A stretch of 63,898 nucleotides of DNA, filler included, from Patellaria atrata CBS 101060 (Eukaryota), in assembly GCA_010093705.1 (NCBI GenBank). It is 7 parts of 6 records of this genome, joined end to end, with 100 filler letters (N's around TTAATTAATTAA, not from the genome) between each part and the next. Parts side by side here need not be neighbours in the genome. Positions count along the whole stretch, not along the records: positions 52,975 to 61,912 come from MU006129.1; positions 62,013 to 63,898 come from MU006131.1; 5 more parts are not named here. One strand, written 5' to 3'. The position numbers and the translations under genes are program-made. Positions 52,875 to 63,898 of this stretch are shown in pieces. Positions within the stretch are counted from its first letter, which is position 1. The number at the start of each line of letters is the position of its first letter. The notes beneath the pieces are model-generated. The model saw only the letters and a list, made by a program, of their open reading frames with translations, was not told where the DNA came from and searched no databases.

Positions 52875-52974
52875 NNNNNNNNNNNNNNNNNNNNNNNNNN
52901 NNNNNNNNNNNNNNNNNNTTAATTAATTAANNNNNNNNNNNNNNNNNNNNNNNNNNNNNNNNNNNNNNNNNNNN

Positions 52975-53346
52975 AACCTGGCGTCGACGTACAGGAATCA
53001 GAAGCGGTGGAAGGAAGCCGAAGATCTGGAGGTGCAAGTCATGGAGACGAGCAAGAGGGTACTTGGAGATGAGCATCCAAACACGCTGACCAGCATGGCC
53101 AACCTGGCGTTGACGTACAGGGATCAGGGGTGGTGGAAGGAAGCCGAAGAGCTGGAGGTGCAAGTGATGGAGACGAGGAAGAGGGTGCTGGGGGACGAGC
53201 ATCCAAACACGCTGACCAGCATGGCCAACCTGGCGTCGACATACAGGAATCAAGGGCGGTGGAAGGAAGCCGAAGATCTGGAGGTGCAAGTGATGGAGAC
53301 GAGCAAGAGGGTGCTTAGGGTGCTGTCAAGAAGCATTGCCAGATGA
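52975..53346 (+). CDS. C-terminal TPR array (42-aa repeats) of an NLR-like gene; 5' part lost in gap
   Basis: Near-identical 126-bp repeats (starts 52975, 53101, 53227) encoding NLASTYRNQGRWKEAEDLEVQVMETSKRVLGDEHPNTLTSMA. Confidence 0.88.
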   Translation, partial: NLASTYRNQKRWKEAEDLEVQVMETSKRVLGDEHPNTLTSMANLALTYRDQGWWKEAEELEVQVMETRKRVLGDEHPNTLTSMANLASTYRNQGRWKEAEDLEVQVMETSKRVLRVLSRSIAR

Positions 53347-53553
53347 AGCATAGATGGATCAACAAGCAAGGACGAGTTCGTTCCTTAATGCAGCGGCAGA
53401 TGGCACACAGTGCCAGTCAACCAAGGCAAAAAGGATATGCATGCCAGTGGTTTTTCAAGACCGGTCGCCGGCAGAATATCTTGTCAGACGGCTAAATCCC
53501 GATAGCCTTCTTTTGTATCTGATAAAGTTAGTATCTGTCAGACTAAACATCCT

Positions 53554-53717
53554 AGTGGAAAGGATAATTAGGCATATCTCCTACTGTCTCACGCTAGTTT
53601 TTAGCACTATTCCTTTAATATAGCTGCCCAGTAGGTATACACGTTGTTGCCTACTTGTTCTCATATGTTTTAACACTCGTTAGAACAGTCATTAAACAAT
53701 TAAGCGATTATTTTCAG
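53554..53717 (+). repeat. Dispersed repeat R1, copy 2
   Basis: ggaaaggataattag..gctagtt..taggtatac..aacactcgttagaacagtcattaaacaattaagcgattattttcag. Confidence 0.8.
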
Positions 53718-53978
53718 TTGTCCGTAATCTCACATGAGTTCTCTAATATCAATAGTGGTTTTATTAACCGTAAGAACGACCGAAGATGTTTAATAATAAA
53801 GTTTAGGCTAAACGCGACTCCACCGATAAAGAGGGATTCAAATACGAGTTTATGGAGTAGTAACGGTGAAGGAACATGTTCTGCAGTTCTAGAGGTGAGG
53901 ATAATATATGCTCCCAATGAGCATGCAAGTGGTATAGCGTCCATAATATATTCTTAATGGTAAAATATTTAGCTCTCT

Positions 53979-54139
53979 GTTACTGACGGGAGTTTATACT
54001 TCTCTAAGCCGGAACCAGATAGGTATAAACACGCGCAAGGTTTCGCACTGATGAGAGGCCTCCTTCCTAGAAGGGTAGGTTTCCGCTTCGTGATAGAACG
54101 TGTAAAGGTTTGTACTTGAAGTTAACGATAAAACTTGCT
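53979..54139 (-). repeat. Non-coding element R2, copy 2 (inverted)
   Basis: Reverse complement aligns colinearly with 19851-20010. Confidence 0.8.
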
Positions 54140-54247
54140 TCCCCTTAACTCTCTCTCAAAGGCTTTACAGTAGAGACAAGTGATACTGTACGAACATAGT
54201 ATGACAAAGGTGAGTTAAGTTAAAGATCGTAACATCTAATCTTATAG

Positions 54248-54341
54248 TGTTAGATGGTGGAGCTATCGGGGTGTTGATTCTTGTGGTAACCAGGGGTAGT
54301 GAGCTAGTCGCTTATACCACCACAATTACGGTATCGTCGTA
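54248..54341. mobile_element. LTR terminus (family C), copy 2
   Basis: Identical to 51110-51203. Confidence 0.75.
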
Positions 54342-55691
54342 NNNNNNNNNNNNNNNNNNNNNNNNNNNNNNNNNNNNNNNNNNNNNNNNNNNNNNNNNNN
54401 NNNNNNNNNNNNNNNNNNNNNNNNNNNNNNNNNNNNNNNNNNNNNNNNNNNNNNNNNNNNNGACATAGATTTCATACTGTTCCGTCCGTTTTAGTACACA
54501 CCTGCAGTATATAACAGCTAGATAGAACCTCTCTTTTGAGAATCAAGCGACATATTCTATGCACCTGCAGATCCAGTTTATCTCACATGAGCCGACATAC
54601 TAAGCGAATTGGTATAGGAGATTTAATAGGCTCAATATTGAAATCCATCATCCTCTACTTAAAACTAGTCCCGATTGTATAAGACGCTTACCTATTCCAC
54701 TTCTTCTTCGACTTAATATAAGAATCCACAACGGCATAATAGTCTGCATTCCCGATAGGTTCTCTATCATTCCCGTCATATTCTTCACTATCCTTAATAG
54801 CTTCTATATCCTCCTCAGCTGATTCTTTATCTCCCTCGGTAGATGCTTCACCATATCATTCACAATCTTCGCCTTTCCCGTTAGTGCGAACTTCGACTCG
54901 GACACCGCTCTTGACTGGCTCTTCGATCTTCACTTAGCATTCCTCATCGGACACATCATTCTGGTCGTCCGACTTAGAACATTACATAGATCCCTAGTTA
55001 TGGGCCGGTCACGGACATGAATCCTTCTAGACTTATATCAAGTCCTTGCCTTTTCTCTTTAAATTCAGATTCATTGTCTAAATCTGTAGCTCCGGAGCTC
55101 GATGAGGAAGCGGAGAGTAGAAGCGAAGGATGGAAGCGGAGGATAGAAGAGAAGGGAGGATCAAGGAATGCGAAGAAGGATGCGGAGGAGGCTAGCGGAG
55201 GAACCAATAAGTGTGGAGCTGCGAGAGTAACTATCAGTATACTAGGTCTAATATAAGCTAACCATTACACATAGTAAGAGCAAACCCCGGTATAGAATTA
55301 CTTGTAATGATAGGCACTACCCCTACAACACTACCTACAACACATTGGGAATCGCTCTTAACTATTTCGTCTGTGATCATTCTGTCCGACAATGATTCCT
55401 TTACCCTCTGCCTGCGTAGGTATTGTGTCCTTACTATAAGCTCCACGCTGCTGTTCGTGAGTGATTGTTCGTTACTACTTACCTACCCTTCGCTTCCTAC
55501 GAGCAAGCAATCGGTCCGTCCGCCTTAAATGCTCTAAAGCACCGGATAAACGGTCACGTCCCATCTTCGTGATCCTCATCTTCGTCAGCCTTAATGTCAC
55601 ATTCTACAAATTGGCTGGGGAAGAGATCGGATCTCCCGATACAAAAAAAGTTGCGACTGACTAAATCTTTCCTCGGTCTACATCAGTTGAA

Positions 55692-55848
55692 TGGGGAAAG
55701 AATAATTAGTAATATCTTCTAGTCCCTGAAGCTAGTTGTATCATTCATTTAACACAGTTAGCTATAGGCATACATGCTGTTGCTACTTACTCTCATGATT
55801 CAAAACACTCGTTAGTATAGTCATTAAGCAATCAAGCGACATTCTCAG
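55692..55848 (+). repeat. Dispersed repeat R1, copy 3
   Basis: ggaaagaataattag..gctagtt..taggcatac..aacactcgttagtatagtcattaagcaatcaagcgacattctcag. Confidence 0.8.
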
Positions 55849-56044
55849 ATGTATTTCAGCTATCCGAGATCTGAGAGTAGATACGTCGAAACATTAAGAG
55901 AATGAAACTTATTTTCCTATTTCTATAGTTTCACTACCTTAATTTCTACTACTTTTCATGGCACACTTCTGACTAATACTCTTATCTACTGTGCTTGTAT
56001 ACCGGGATCAATCTAATGCGAAGCAAATACGATTGACGTTGATC

Positions 56045-58392
56045 TTATATCAAAATCTTCCTTCCAGTCTCAAGGTCCTGAATCTCCTGTTTGAGCTGAG
56101 CTCGCTTCCGCTTTAGACCAAGATCCTCACCAGCAATCTCTTGAAGCTGCTCTTGAGAGAGACCCAAAACGAAGCTTGGGGAGAAGAGCTTGAGTGGGGT
56201 ATCTGGGCCACAGACCAAATGGTAACCTGCGGCCTGCATGCATACATTGTCTACGAAGCGTTTTCGTGCAACTTTGTAGTAGGAACGTAAGATGTCGTGC
56301 ATGTCACGAGTTGTATGGTCAAAGTTGCTCATGGGATGCGCCTGCACAAGGAAAGACAGTGGGACAACAGAGCCATGCTTGCAGTTGTCGATTGAGTTAG
56401 ATTCCATTTCGGATTCGATACGTTGTTGTCGACTATGTCAGAAAATGTCAGCGAATTTGACTGAGACAACGAACCTTATCGATCTTACCACTTTTCCAAG
56501 TTATCGCTGAAGTAGTGGTTGAGCGTCATAGGCACTATGGATAATTCTACATTGACCAGAAACGCAGCTTGCGCTAGGCTTTTCTTGTATTTCTCGATCA
56601 ATCCATCCAAAAGCATATCCAAAACCCCTTGAGATACACGATTGTCCCGGCAAAGTGAGTGAAGTAACGTAGTGATGAAGTTGTGAACCAGTACAACAGC
56701 ATCACTGATGTACCCAGAGCATATCACTTGCCACTTGGTGGACTGCTGTCGCATTGCCGATGTCAATAGAGAGGAGTGGAACGTACCAAGCTCAAAACCT
56801 CGAGACTCCTTATACATATCCTTCAACCATTTATGAATGGCAACGGGCGAGGAGACGGTAACCGTATCTTCGTTGAAGAGTATTTCACTCAGCTCGAGAG
56901 CATTTGCAATATATCTAGTATTAGCGTGTTTCTGCTTCTCACCCATAATGTCACTTTCAAGTTGGGAGGCTTCAGTGTCCGAGGATTTCTCAGCGGCGTC
57001 ATCACTCTTCTCGAATTGAAATTGGTGACCGAAATCTGTCATGTCGGCCGAAAACCTCTCATTTCGATCCACAAGCTGTGTAGCTAGGCGAAGGGCGGTG
57101 AGTTTGTCAAAGATACTGTCCCCTCCATAATCCGCTTTCACGGCAAGGTCCGCAATATGTTGGAATCGCGTCGCAAGATTGAGGAGGTACATTGTTTGCT
57201 TGTCTGCAGTTTCGCGCTCTGCACCAAGTGAGTCTAGAATATGCTTACACTCTCCTAGTTTCTTATTGATCTCGGCTTTGACCTACGCAGATCTGTTAGC
57301 AAAGAGAGATGCGCAGATGCAGTTAAACTAACTTTAGGGAACTCGCGGCGAATATGCTGGGCAAGAACCTCTTCCAAGCGCTTTCGAAGGGCATTCACAC
57401 CTCTGCGTTCGCGTGGCAAAGTATTCCAGGGCGCTTTGCGGCGAAAGAAAGATTCTTCGAGAGCACCACGGTCCATTGTTGAGCTGTTCAACTCCTGTTG
57501 TCCTGGGTTACGAACAATACTCCACTCCAACTGTGAATCCGGACCTTTTCCTTCAATAATCTCCATGACCTTCGGCTCGGCGCCCTTGTCAACGAGGTCC
57601 GGCTTTGTGAAGACTCCAATGGTGCGATGACAGTTAGGATCAACCTCCTTGGCCATTTCTAGAATTTCCTGTGTGGCAGGATCAACGTTAGCAGGAACAA
57701 CTACTAACATCACCGTCCTTGGGTTTCTCATATATGTCTCCACCATATTTCTAACAAGTTCCTTGTCCGCAGTAGTCGTGATTCCGGCGGTGGTGGTTCT
57801 GAAGATACCTGGGACGTCAATAACGCTGAGATGCGCTTCATCTGGGCCATGGATCTCTAAACGAAGGACATCATTTGAGAATGTTTTACGTAAACCAGAT
57901 GCGTGCGCTGTGTTGTGGGATAATCCCATCACAGTATGGACCTGTGAACTCTTGTTAGTCTTTAGTCTGAAACAGATTATGGAGATATATGTGATGATTG
58001 GTAACAACGGTTTAACTCACATCAGCAATGATTGATGCGAAGGTGGTAGCATCAAGTTGCTTGATTTCAGACTTGTTCCACTCTTTTATACGCTCCTTGT
58101 AATCCTCAGTACTGTTCGTATCAGGAAGGATAGAAACATGGACCGAGTGGTAGGAAGCCCTCCGAAAGGTAATTTGAGTGGCAAATTTGGTGCATAAACC
58201 GCTATCACGAGGGAATGGTAAACGGGTTAAGCCTTCCAGAACAGAGCTCTTGCCACTAGACTGGTCCCCAAGAACAACCAATTGGGGAAGATCTATGTAT
58301 TCGCCTACATTACAAGCGAATAACTTGTCAATTTTATCGAGTAAGATAGGATCACCAATCTTCTTGTACGTGGTGTCAGGAGCAGAAGACAT
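56045..58392 (-). CDS. Dynamin-related GTPase (Mx-like accessory type), 4 exons
   Basis: LPQLVVLGDQSSGKSSVLEGL..GLCTKFATQI, FSNDVLRLEI..VIDVPGIF, RTIGVFTKPDLVD, GED YYKVARKRFVDNVCMQ. Confidence 0.93.
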
Positions 58393-58612
58393 TTTCGTAA
58401 GTTGAGTTTCGATAGTGATCTAGTTCGTGTACGCACCAGCGGAGTAACAATTTACTGGGATTGTGGTAGGTTCAGGTTTGAAATAAACTTGATTTTGTTT
58501 TGTACTTGGGTTTCGAGAATCTGTTGAGAAGTAATACTGTAAGAATGAGATTAAGCGATCTTAAATATGGAAATACATAGTAGCTTGCTGAATGGCTATG
58601 CAAACAAATTAA

Positions 58613-58724
58613 CAAGATTGTTTTCCTTAGGATAGAATATAAAGATACAATTTAATTGGTAAGATTGTTTTTGTAAAGATAGAATATGTAGATTGAAATT
58701 GATTGATGTGATTGTTTTTGTAAA
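58613..58724. repeat. ~47-bp imperfect tandem repeat upstream of the dynamin gene
   Basis: gattgtttt..gatagaatat unit twice plus a partial third. Confidence 0.7.
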
Positions 58725-59284
58725 CGTAATAACTTAGACTGAATGAGAGACTTGTTTTCTTATAGCTCTTACGAAATACTCATGCAAACTAGAAACATTA
58801 AATGTGCCTCAATATTACTATGCAGTACATGAGCGTTGACATAAGGATAGGTTTGTTAGAAGTCAAACCAACGAGGACTATTATATTTGTCATCTAATTA
58901 ATTGGGAACCTATATACTGGATGAAGAGGAAGAAAACCAATCACGGAAGCAGAAACTGTCAAATAAACGAATGGAAACATGAGTTGGGCTATAATTGAGG
59001 AACTTTATACCAACTCTGTCAGTTGTAAGCATAGCATGAATGATGCTAAAGAGATGATACCAGGTATGATGCCAGAGACACTAGAGAGGAGATGGTGTCA
59101 TCAAAGAGGTGATATCAAAGATGGTTATGCTAAAGCGACGATATCAAAGATAGTAATGCCACTTGAAACTTTCCCGTAGTACCGTTCTGTATTTCTAAAG
59201 TGACAAAATATTGGGTAGGGAGCGCTCTAGATGGGATATTGTTTGCCATTTGAATTATAAACGGCGTTGGTGAGTGGGTGATTT

Positions 59285-59495
59285 TGTGAGATTGTGGGTA
59301 ACTGAATGTAGTCGCTTGATTCTCCGTACAACTACGGATTCTATCTAGTGTTTATATAATGACAGACCACCTTATTGATTAACCCTTTGACGTCATAAAG
59401 CCTAGCATTTAGCTCTGAAGATCTCCAACACGAACTCCTGGAGACCCTGACGATCTTCCAACATAAGGCTGTCGGGGATCAGCCATCTGACATCA
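59285..59495. mobile_element. LTR family B, internally deleted and truncated
   Basis: Matches reverse complement of ~20904-21244 minus ~130 bp. Confidence 0.8.
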
Positions 59496-59937
59496 CCTAG
59501 GGGGTTAGTAGTCTCACAGATTTCTTTGAAGCTTTTCCATACCCTAACTCCATACTCTGCGAAAACCCGTAGAATACTATATGTGCCGATTCTTGGAAAT
59601 AGAAGAAGACTAAAGGGTATACGTATCGTGCTTGATCTGGTGCTTGATGTGAATCTTCTGAACCTATCCCCGCTAAGCTGCTTCGTTCTATGTAGGTACT
59701 AGGCAAGAAGGGGGGTATTAAGATGCGTGAGGAGTTCGGTAAGCGTATCATCCCTTTTATCACCTAGTAAACCGACTTAAGCGCTTGCAGACAAGGAGCT
59801 TACAGCTACTATATTCTGAGGATACTATGCTGTGAACGTAGATGTGATAGAAGAAATGCGAAGATGTAACAATCGCGCAGCTGAGGGAAATTGTTGCTTA
59901 ACGTATGCAGACGAGGAAGATGCTGAGGAAGAGGAAA

Positions 59938-59983
59938 GAGAAGAAGAAGAAGAAGAAGAAGAAGAAGAAGAAGAAGAAGAAGA
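59938..59983 (+). repeat. (GAA)n microsatellite within a purine tract
   Basis: About 14-15 GAA units. Confidence 0.95.
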
Positions 59984-60651
59984 AGGAGTGGAGGAGGAAG
60001 AGGAGGAGAAGGAGGGAGATGGTATAAATTAAAAGGAGGAAGAGGGTGATAATGAAGGTGAGGAGGAAGACGAGGTTATTACCGCCTGACGCTGAAATTT
60101 AAAACCGAGTCTCATGCTGAATCTAAGCAGTGTTGGGGGAGAATCAGTCGCGGAATAGAACACCGAACCTAAGCTATTCAGGGGCTTACTGATACCGTAG
60201 CGCCGTATGGAAAGCTCGGTAGAGGTAAGTTTGATGCCGTATCTAAGGTTGTACAAACGTCCGACTAGGCCTGATCTGATATCGAATTTAAACCGTGCCG
60301 ATCGTTCAGCTTAGAGTAAACCAGATGTAGTATCCAGAGCCGTATCTAAAGCCGTATTTGAAGCCGTTTCTGATACTGAATCTAATGGCGAATTAGAGCT
60401 ATACGGATCGCTCAGTTAAGGCTAGATCTAATGCTGATTTCAACTCTACAGATTGCTCATTTATGGGTGTACGAACGAAGAACTCGAGGACGATTGCTGG
60501 GGCCAAAATGAGCCAAATGTTAATTGTGATTGTTCGCATACGTTGCTCACCTTAGTTTTGCAACCGCCACTCAAGGCAAAGGTTTAGCCAAGACACTAGA
60601 ACCAGAACTAGTATAGTCAAGCTTTCCCCGAAAATGTTCTCCTAAGCTTCT

Positions 60652-61728
60652 ATGCCAGGAGATGTCGAACCCTTCGCCTCTATTCAATGTCTCGTAAATG
60701 ATCAACACCTTCAATTATCTTCTTCCAAAGCATAAGCACCATTGTTCGAATTTTGATATCATTGCGAGACCAGATGTTGTGAACTCCCCCAGCCACCGCC
60801 TCGCCTATGTGCGATCACCCAGCGCACCCACGTCGTTCCCAAAGCGCTACTAATCTTCCACCAGAAATCTTCCAAGCGACCCCTTTCAGAACCGCAGCGT
60901 CCTAAGCGAGCTGTCTGCCAATATTGGCCGAGGACGCGACTAGAGCCATCGGCCACATCTCAAACTTAGAGCAGAGTGAGGGCATCGATTCAAAGTTGTA
61001 GCAGGATGGAAACAGCCGGACAGCAGAAGGCTTCAGTGTCCAGATAAGGCGAAGGATTTAGTACATCGAGTCCCATGTTCCGCCCAGTACAGAAGGCGAC
61101 AGGCTCATCATAGGAATACAGGAATAAGGATACCACAGGACATTCGAATGCTGGTTACTGGATACTTTGAAGGACCACCCGACTCACCATGGCTTAGAAG
61201 AGAGGAAGTAGACCAAGCTCTTCCACTAATCGAGCTTGCCTGAGATAGCGCCGAGCCGACCACGTTACCGGCTATCATAACTCGCCCATCCTTTTCCCCC
61301 TGGAGCATCAGGACTTCATGCTGGGAGGTGATGTACTCTGGATCATCAAACCATTACCTCTCTCCCTGCGCCTAAGACTGGCCGTCATGTTGTGTTCCTG
61401 AACATACTACATTTGACTTGGTCTCTTGAAGATTACTCTGCCGCCGACCATCCTACCAAGTTACTATGCTCACAACCCACAAAGGGAAACATCTTTCCAT
61501 CTTTCCCTTTGGAAACCAAATCCCAGGTCAAAGGCGGCACGCTATACGCGGCCGAGGGACAGTTGGCCAGCGCCGGTGTACATGGTGTTAACTGTTGGAT
61601 CTATACGCTCCAGCTATTAGATCCGGTCCAGATTCATTCGAGTGTGGATGCTGACGCTTTCTCAATGTCCGTAACCCAGCGGATGGCCATCGCATACATC
61701 CATTACTTTAGCTTCGAGGGCGGCTTCC
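60652..61728 (+). pseudogene. PD-(D/E)xK-like accessory gene, degraded and interrupted by LTR B
   Basis: QPTKGNIFPSFPLETKSQVKGGTLYAAEGQLASAG..AFSMSV..IHYF; stops upstream; LTR begins at 61729. Confidence 0.55.
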
Positions 61729-61912
61729 TGTGAGATTGTGGGTAACTGAATGTAGTCGCTTGATTCTCCGTACAACTACGGATTCTATCTAGTGTTTATA
61801 AAATGACAGACCACCTTATTAACCCTTTGACGTCACGAAGCCTAGCTACGTAATCTCCAAATCAAGGCGAACATAACGATACTACCTACGTCAGATATAA
61901 AATAAGAGATGA
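61729..61912. mobile_element. LTR family B terminus, starting TGTGAGATTG
   Basis: Matches 59285 onward and reverse complement of ~21056-21244. Confidence 0.8.
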
Positions 61913-62012
61913 NNNNNNNNNNNNNNNNNNNNNNNNNNNNNNNNNNNNNNNNNNNNTTAATTAATTAANNNNNNNNNNNNNNNNNNNNNNNNNNNNNNNN
62001 NNNNNNNNNNNN

Positions 62013-63898
62013 ATAGACCAAATGGTAACACCTTATATTTGAAGGAGCCGTACCGGGTTCGGAACGTGGTGAGATCTTTAGCTGACTCCATCATCCGTAT
62101 CCGGTAGAATGCTTGCCGTACGTCAAGTTTCGTGAATATCTTTGCGCGCTGTAGCCGGGCTAACGTCTCTTCTATAAGTGGTAATGGGTACTTATCTTTC
62201 TTAGTGATACTATTAAGCTTTCGGTAGTCCACGCAGAATCTCCAACCACCACCCGGCTTCTTGGCGAACAATACTGGAGATGCATACGGTGCCTCGCTCG
62301 GCTCGATAAACCCTTTTTGGAGGTGCTCTTCTAGGTAGTCCTTTGCCAACTGAAGATGCTCGATCGGCATATTATATAGCGGGCTCGTTGCCAGATTGTT
62401 ATCTTGCTCTAGTACAATGTCATGGTCAACTCCCTCTCGATGGGGAGGTAGCTGGTCTGATGCGTGCTTTGAGAACACGTGAGAGAGGTGATGATACTCC
62501 ATAGGTAGCTTTTCTAGTACCATCGCCTTAAGCCCTTCCTCGTCGTTTGGTAACAGATCTTCGTCTTCCCCGAGCCTATCTTGGATTAGAGAATTAATCT
62601 CGTGTAAACTCGTGGCTCCAATAACCATGTCCGGTCTCCGAGCATTCCGTAGGTAACCTTCAGCACCGACCATACAAATGTTCAACTCTATTCCGGATAC
62701 GTCGACACGTCGGCCTGCTTTCGGCTTCTCTAAAAGCTCTAGGGTCTCTTTTTCTACTATATCCGATAGCTCTATCTCCATCCTTCGTATGCTCGAATTT
62801 AGTTCTCGTCTCCACGATCTCGGTTGTTTCCACCTGAATAGTGTGGGCTTTTCCTTCTGTCTGGCCCTGGCCTTCAGACGCTGCGCCTCTCGTTTATCGG
62901 ATGCTTTGTCTCTCCGTTCCATATCGACTTGGTGGACTGGATCTACTGTGGTCTGCAATTCTCTCTTTAGTATTACAATGTCTCGTTGCTGGTCCTCGAT
63001 CGCTGTGGCCCATAGTGGCCAGAAGATCGCGTTGTGCTTACAGTCTAGTAGGCCGCCCGTCTTTGAGAACCACTCTCTTCCGATCAGCATATCGGTACGG
63101 CCCGTGTTGGTTACTAGGATAGGGGTTTTCCATCGCCTACCAGCGAGCACGAGACTAGCTTCAACCATCTCGTCGATTGGTTCTGCTGTTAAGCTGTCAA
63201 AACCCTTCACGTCGATACGTGGTATCTTCTTCGGCTCGATGCCCAGTCGTTGTTTCAATACAGGTAACCACTTCCTATTTAGAAGGGCGTACCCTTGGGC
63301 TCCTATGTCGATTAGGGCCCTAAGCTGTATTGCGATTCCGTTTCTTGATACTCGGCACGGCATGGTGAAAGGTTCCTCCGTGATTGGATCGCTTACTGGT
63401 GCTCTTAATGCTCCCACTGATAACCCTAAAGCGGAGTCTCTACTTAGGGTTCCTCGTTTTCCGGTTCTAATTCCTGGCCTGACTCGTTTTGCTCCGCTTG
63501 AGCCGACTTAACCTCGGCTGTCTTTCTTTGTGCTCGGCAATTAGCCGATCGGTGCCCCGGCTTGCCGCAGTTGAAGCAATTTCCCGTGAACTTTCGAACC
63601 GTTGTGGTACTCTGGTCTATTGATTGTTGTGGAGGAGTAGCTATGCCCGAAACTCTATCCGATCGCTGGGTCGTGGTTCTACTCGTTACCGTGGTATTTG
63701 AAGCTGCTCCGATGGTCTTGCGCTTCTATTGCTTCTCTCGTCGCTCTTTCGACTCCTGGCTCTGCTTCTCTAGGCCTCGTGCTTGGAGCGTTGCTCGTTG
63801 ACAGAACTCTTCAAAACTAATATTGTCGTTCACCACGTCTAACGTCATAACCTGTCGTAGAGAACTATATAGCTTCTCGTGGATCTCTTCTTTCCATT
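62013..63898 (-). mobile_element. Ty3/Gypsy gag-pol (gag CCHC knuckle, protease, RT N-terminus), lightly RIP-mutated
   Basis: CFNCGKPGHRSANC; LIDIGAQ; ASPVLFAKKPGGGWRFCVDYRKLN..KLDVRQAFYRIR..VLPFGL; TAG in gag frame. Confidence 0.95.
63422..63462 (-). promoter_or_regulatory. Gag-pol -1 ribosomal frameshift signal
   Basis: G GAA AAC in gag frame, followed by hairpin AACCCTAA..TTAGGGTT; pol is in the -1 frame. Confidence 0.75.

Noticed and set aside
52975..53310. CRISPR-like periodic repeats
   Set aside because: 126-bp in-frame coding TPR repeats without unique spacers; eukaryotic context
54540..54558. AATCAAGCGAC shared with the R1 core and LTR-B
   Set aside because: An 11-mer without flanking homology; insufficient to call another copy
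54462..55660. Second captain remnant next to R2 copy 2
   Set aside because: Degraded acidic reading frames show no recombinase motifs I can recognise
59832..60032. Poly-Glu ORF
   Set aside because: Explained by the GAA microsatellite; GTG start and no other support
62678..63511. 277-aa plus-strand ORF
   Set aside because: Antisense shadow of Gypsy pol

Overview
This is genomic DNA from a filamentous ascomycete (GT-AG introns, RIP-type C>T/G>A damage). It is a pseudo-scaffold: six 100-nt N44-TTAATTAATTAA-N44 linkers and one 120-N gap split it into pieces, so adjacency across gaps is not guaranteed. Left to right: RIP-degraded Ty3/Gypsy debris (1-2.5 kb); a kinase pseudogene; a core block (conserved membrane protein, VPS36, THP3/SAC3-family, BEM1, intron-containing tRNA-Glu(CTC)). 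About 430 bp past the tRNA is a RIP-inactivated DUF3435-type tyrosine recombinase (Starship captain). It is followed by ~45 kb of accessory cargo-like DNA: WD40- and TPR-type NLR ends, a dynamin-like GTPase, C2H2/Myb regulators, PD-(D/E)xK-like proteins, orphans, LINE and LTR insertions, and finally a lightly mutated Gypsy gag-pol. Three observations stand out. (1) An apparently intact three-gene nucleotide module: an HD 5'-deoxynucleotidase divergent from an HD/NMP-kinase-like fusion with a degenerate P-loop, plus a Zn2Cys6 regulator. (2) A dispersed ~85-160 bp repeat at the 3' ends of three accessory genes, in a cassette-like layout. (3) A ~160 bp non-coding element just after the captain stop that recurs inverted at 54 kb; in both places an NLR gene converges on it. 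All family assignments come from manual motif recognition, not database searches.
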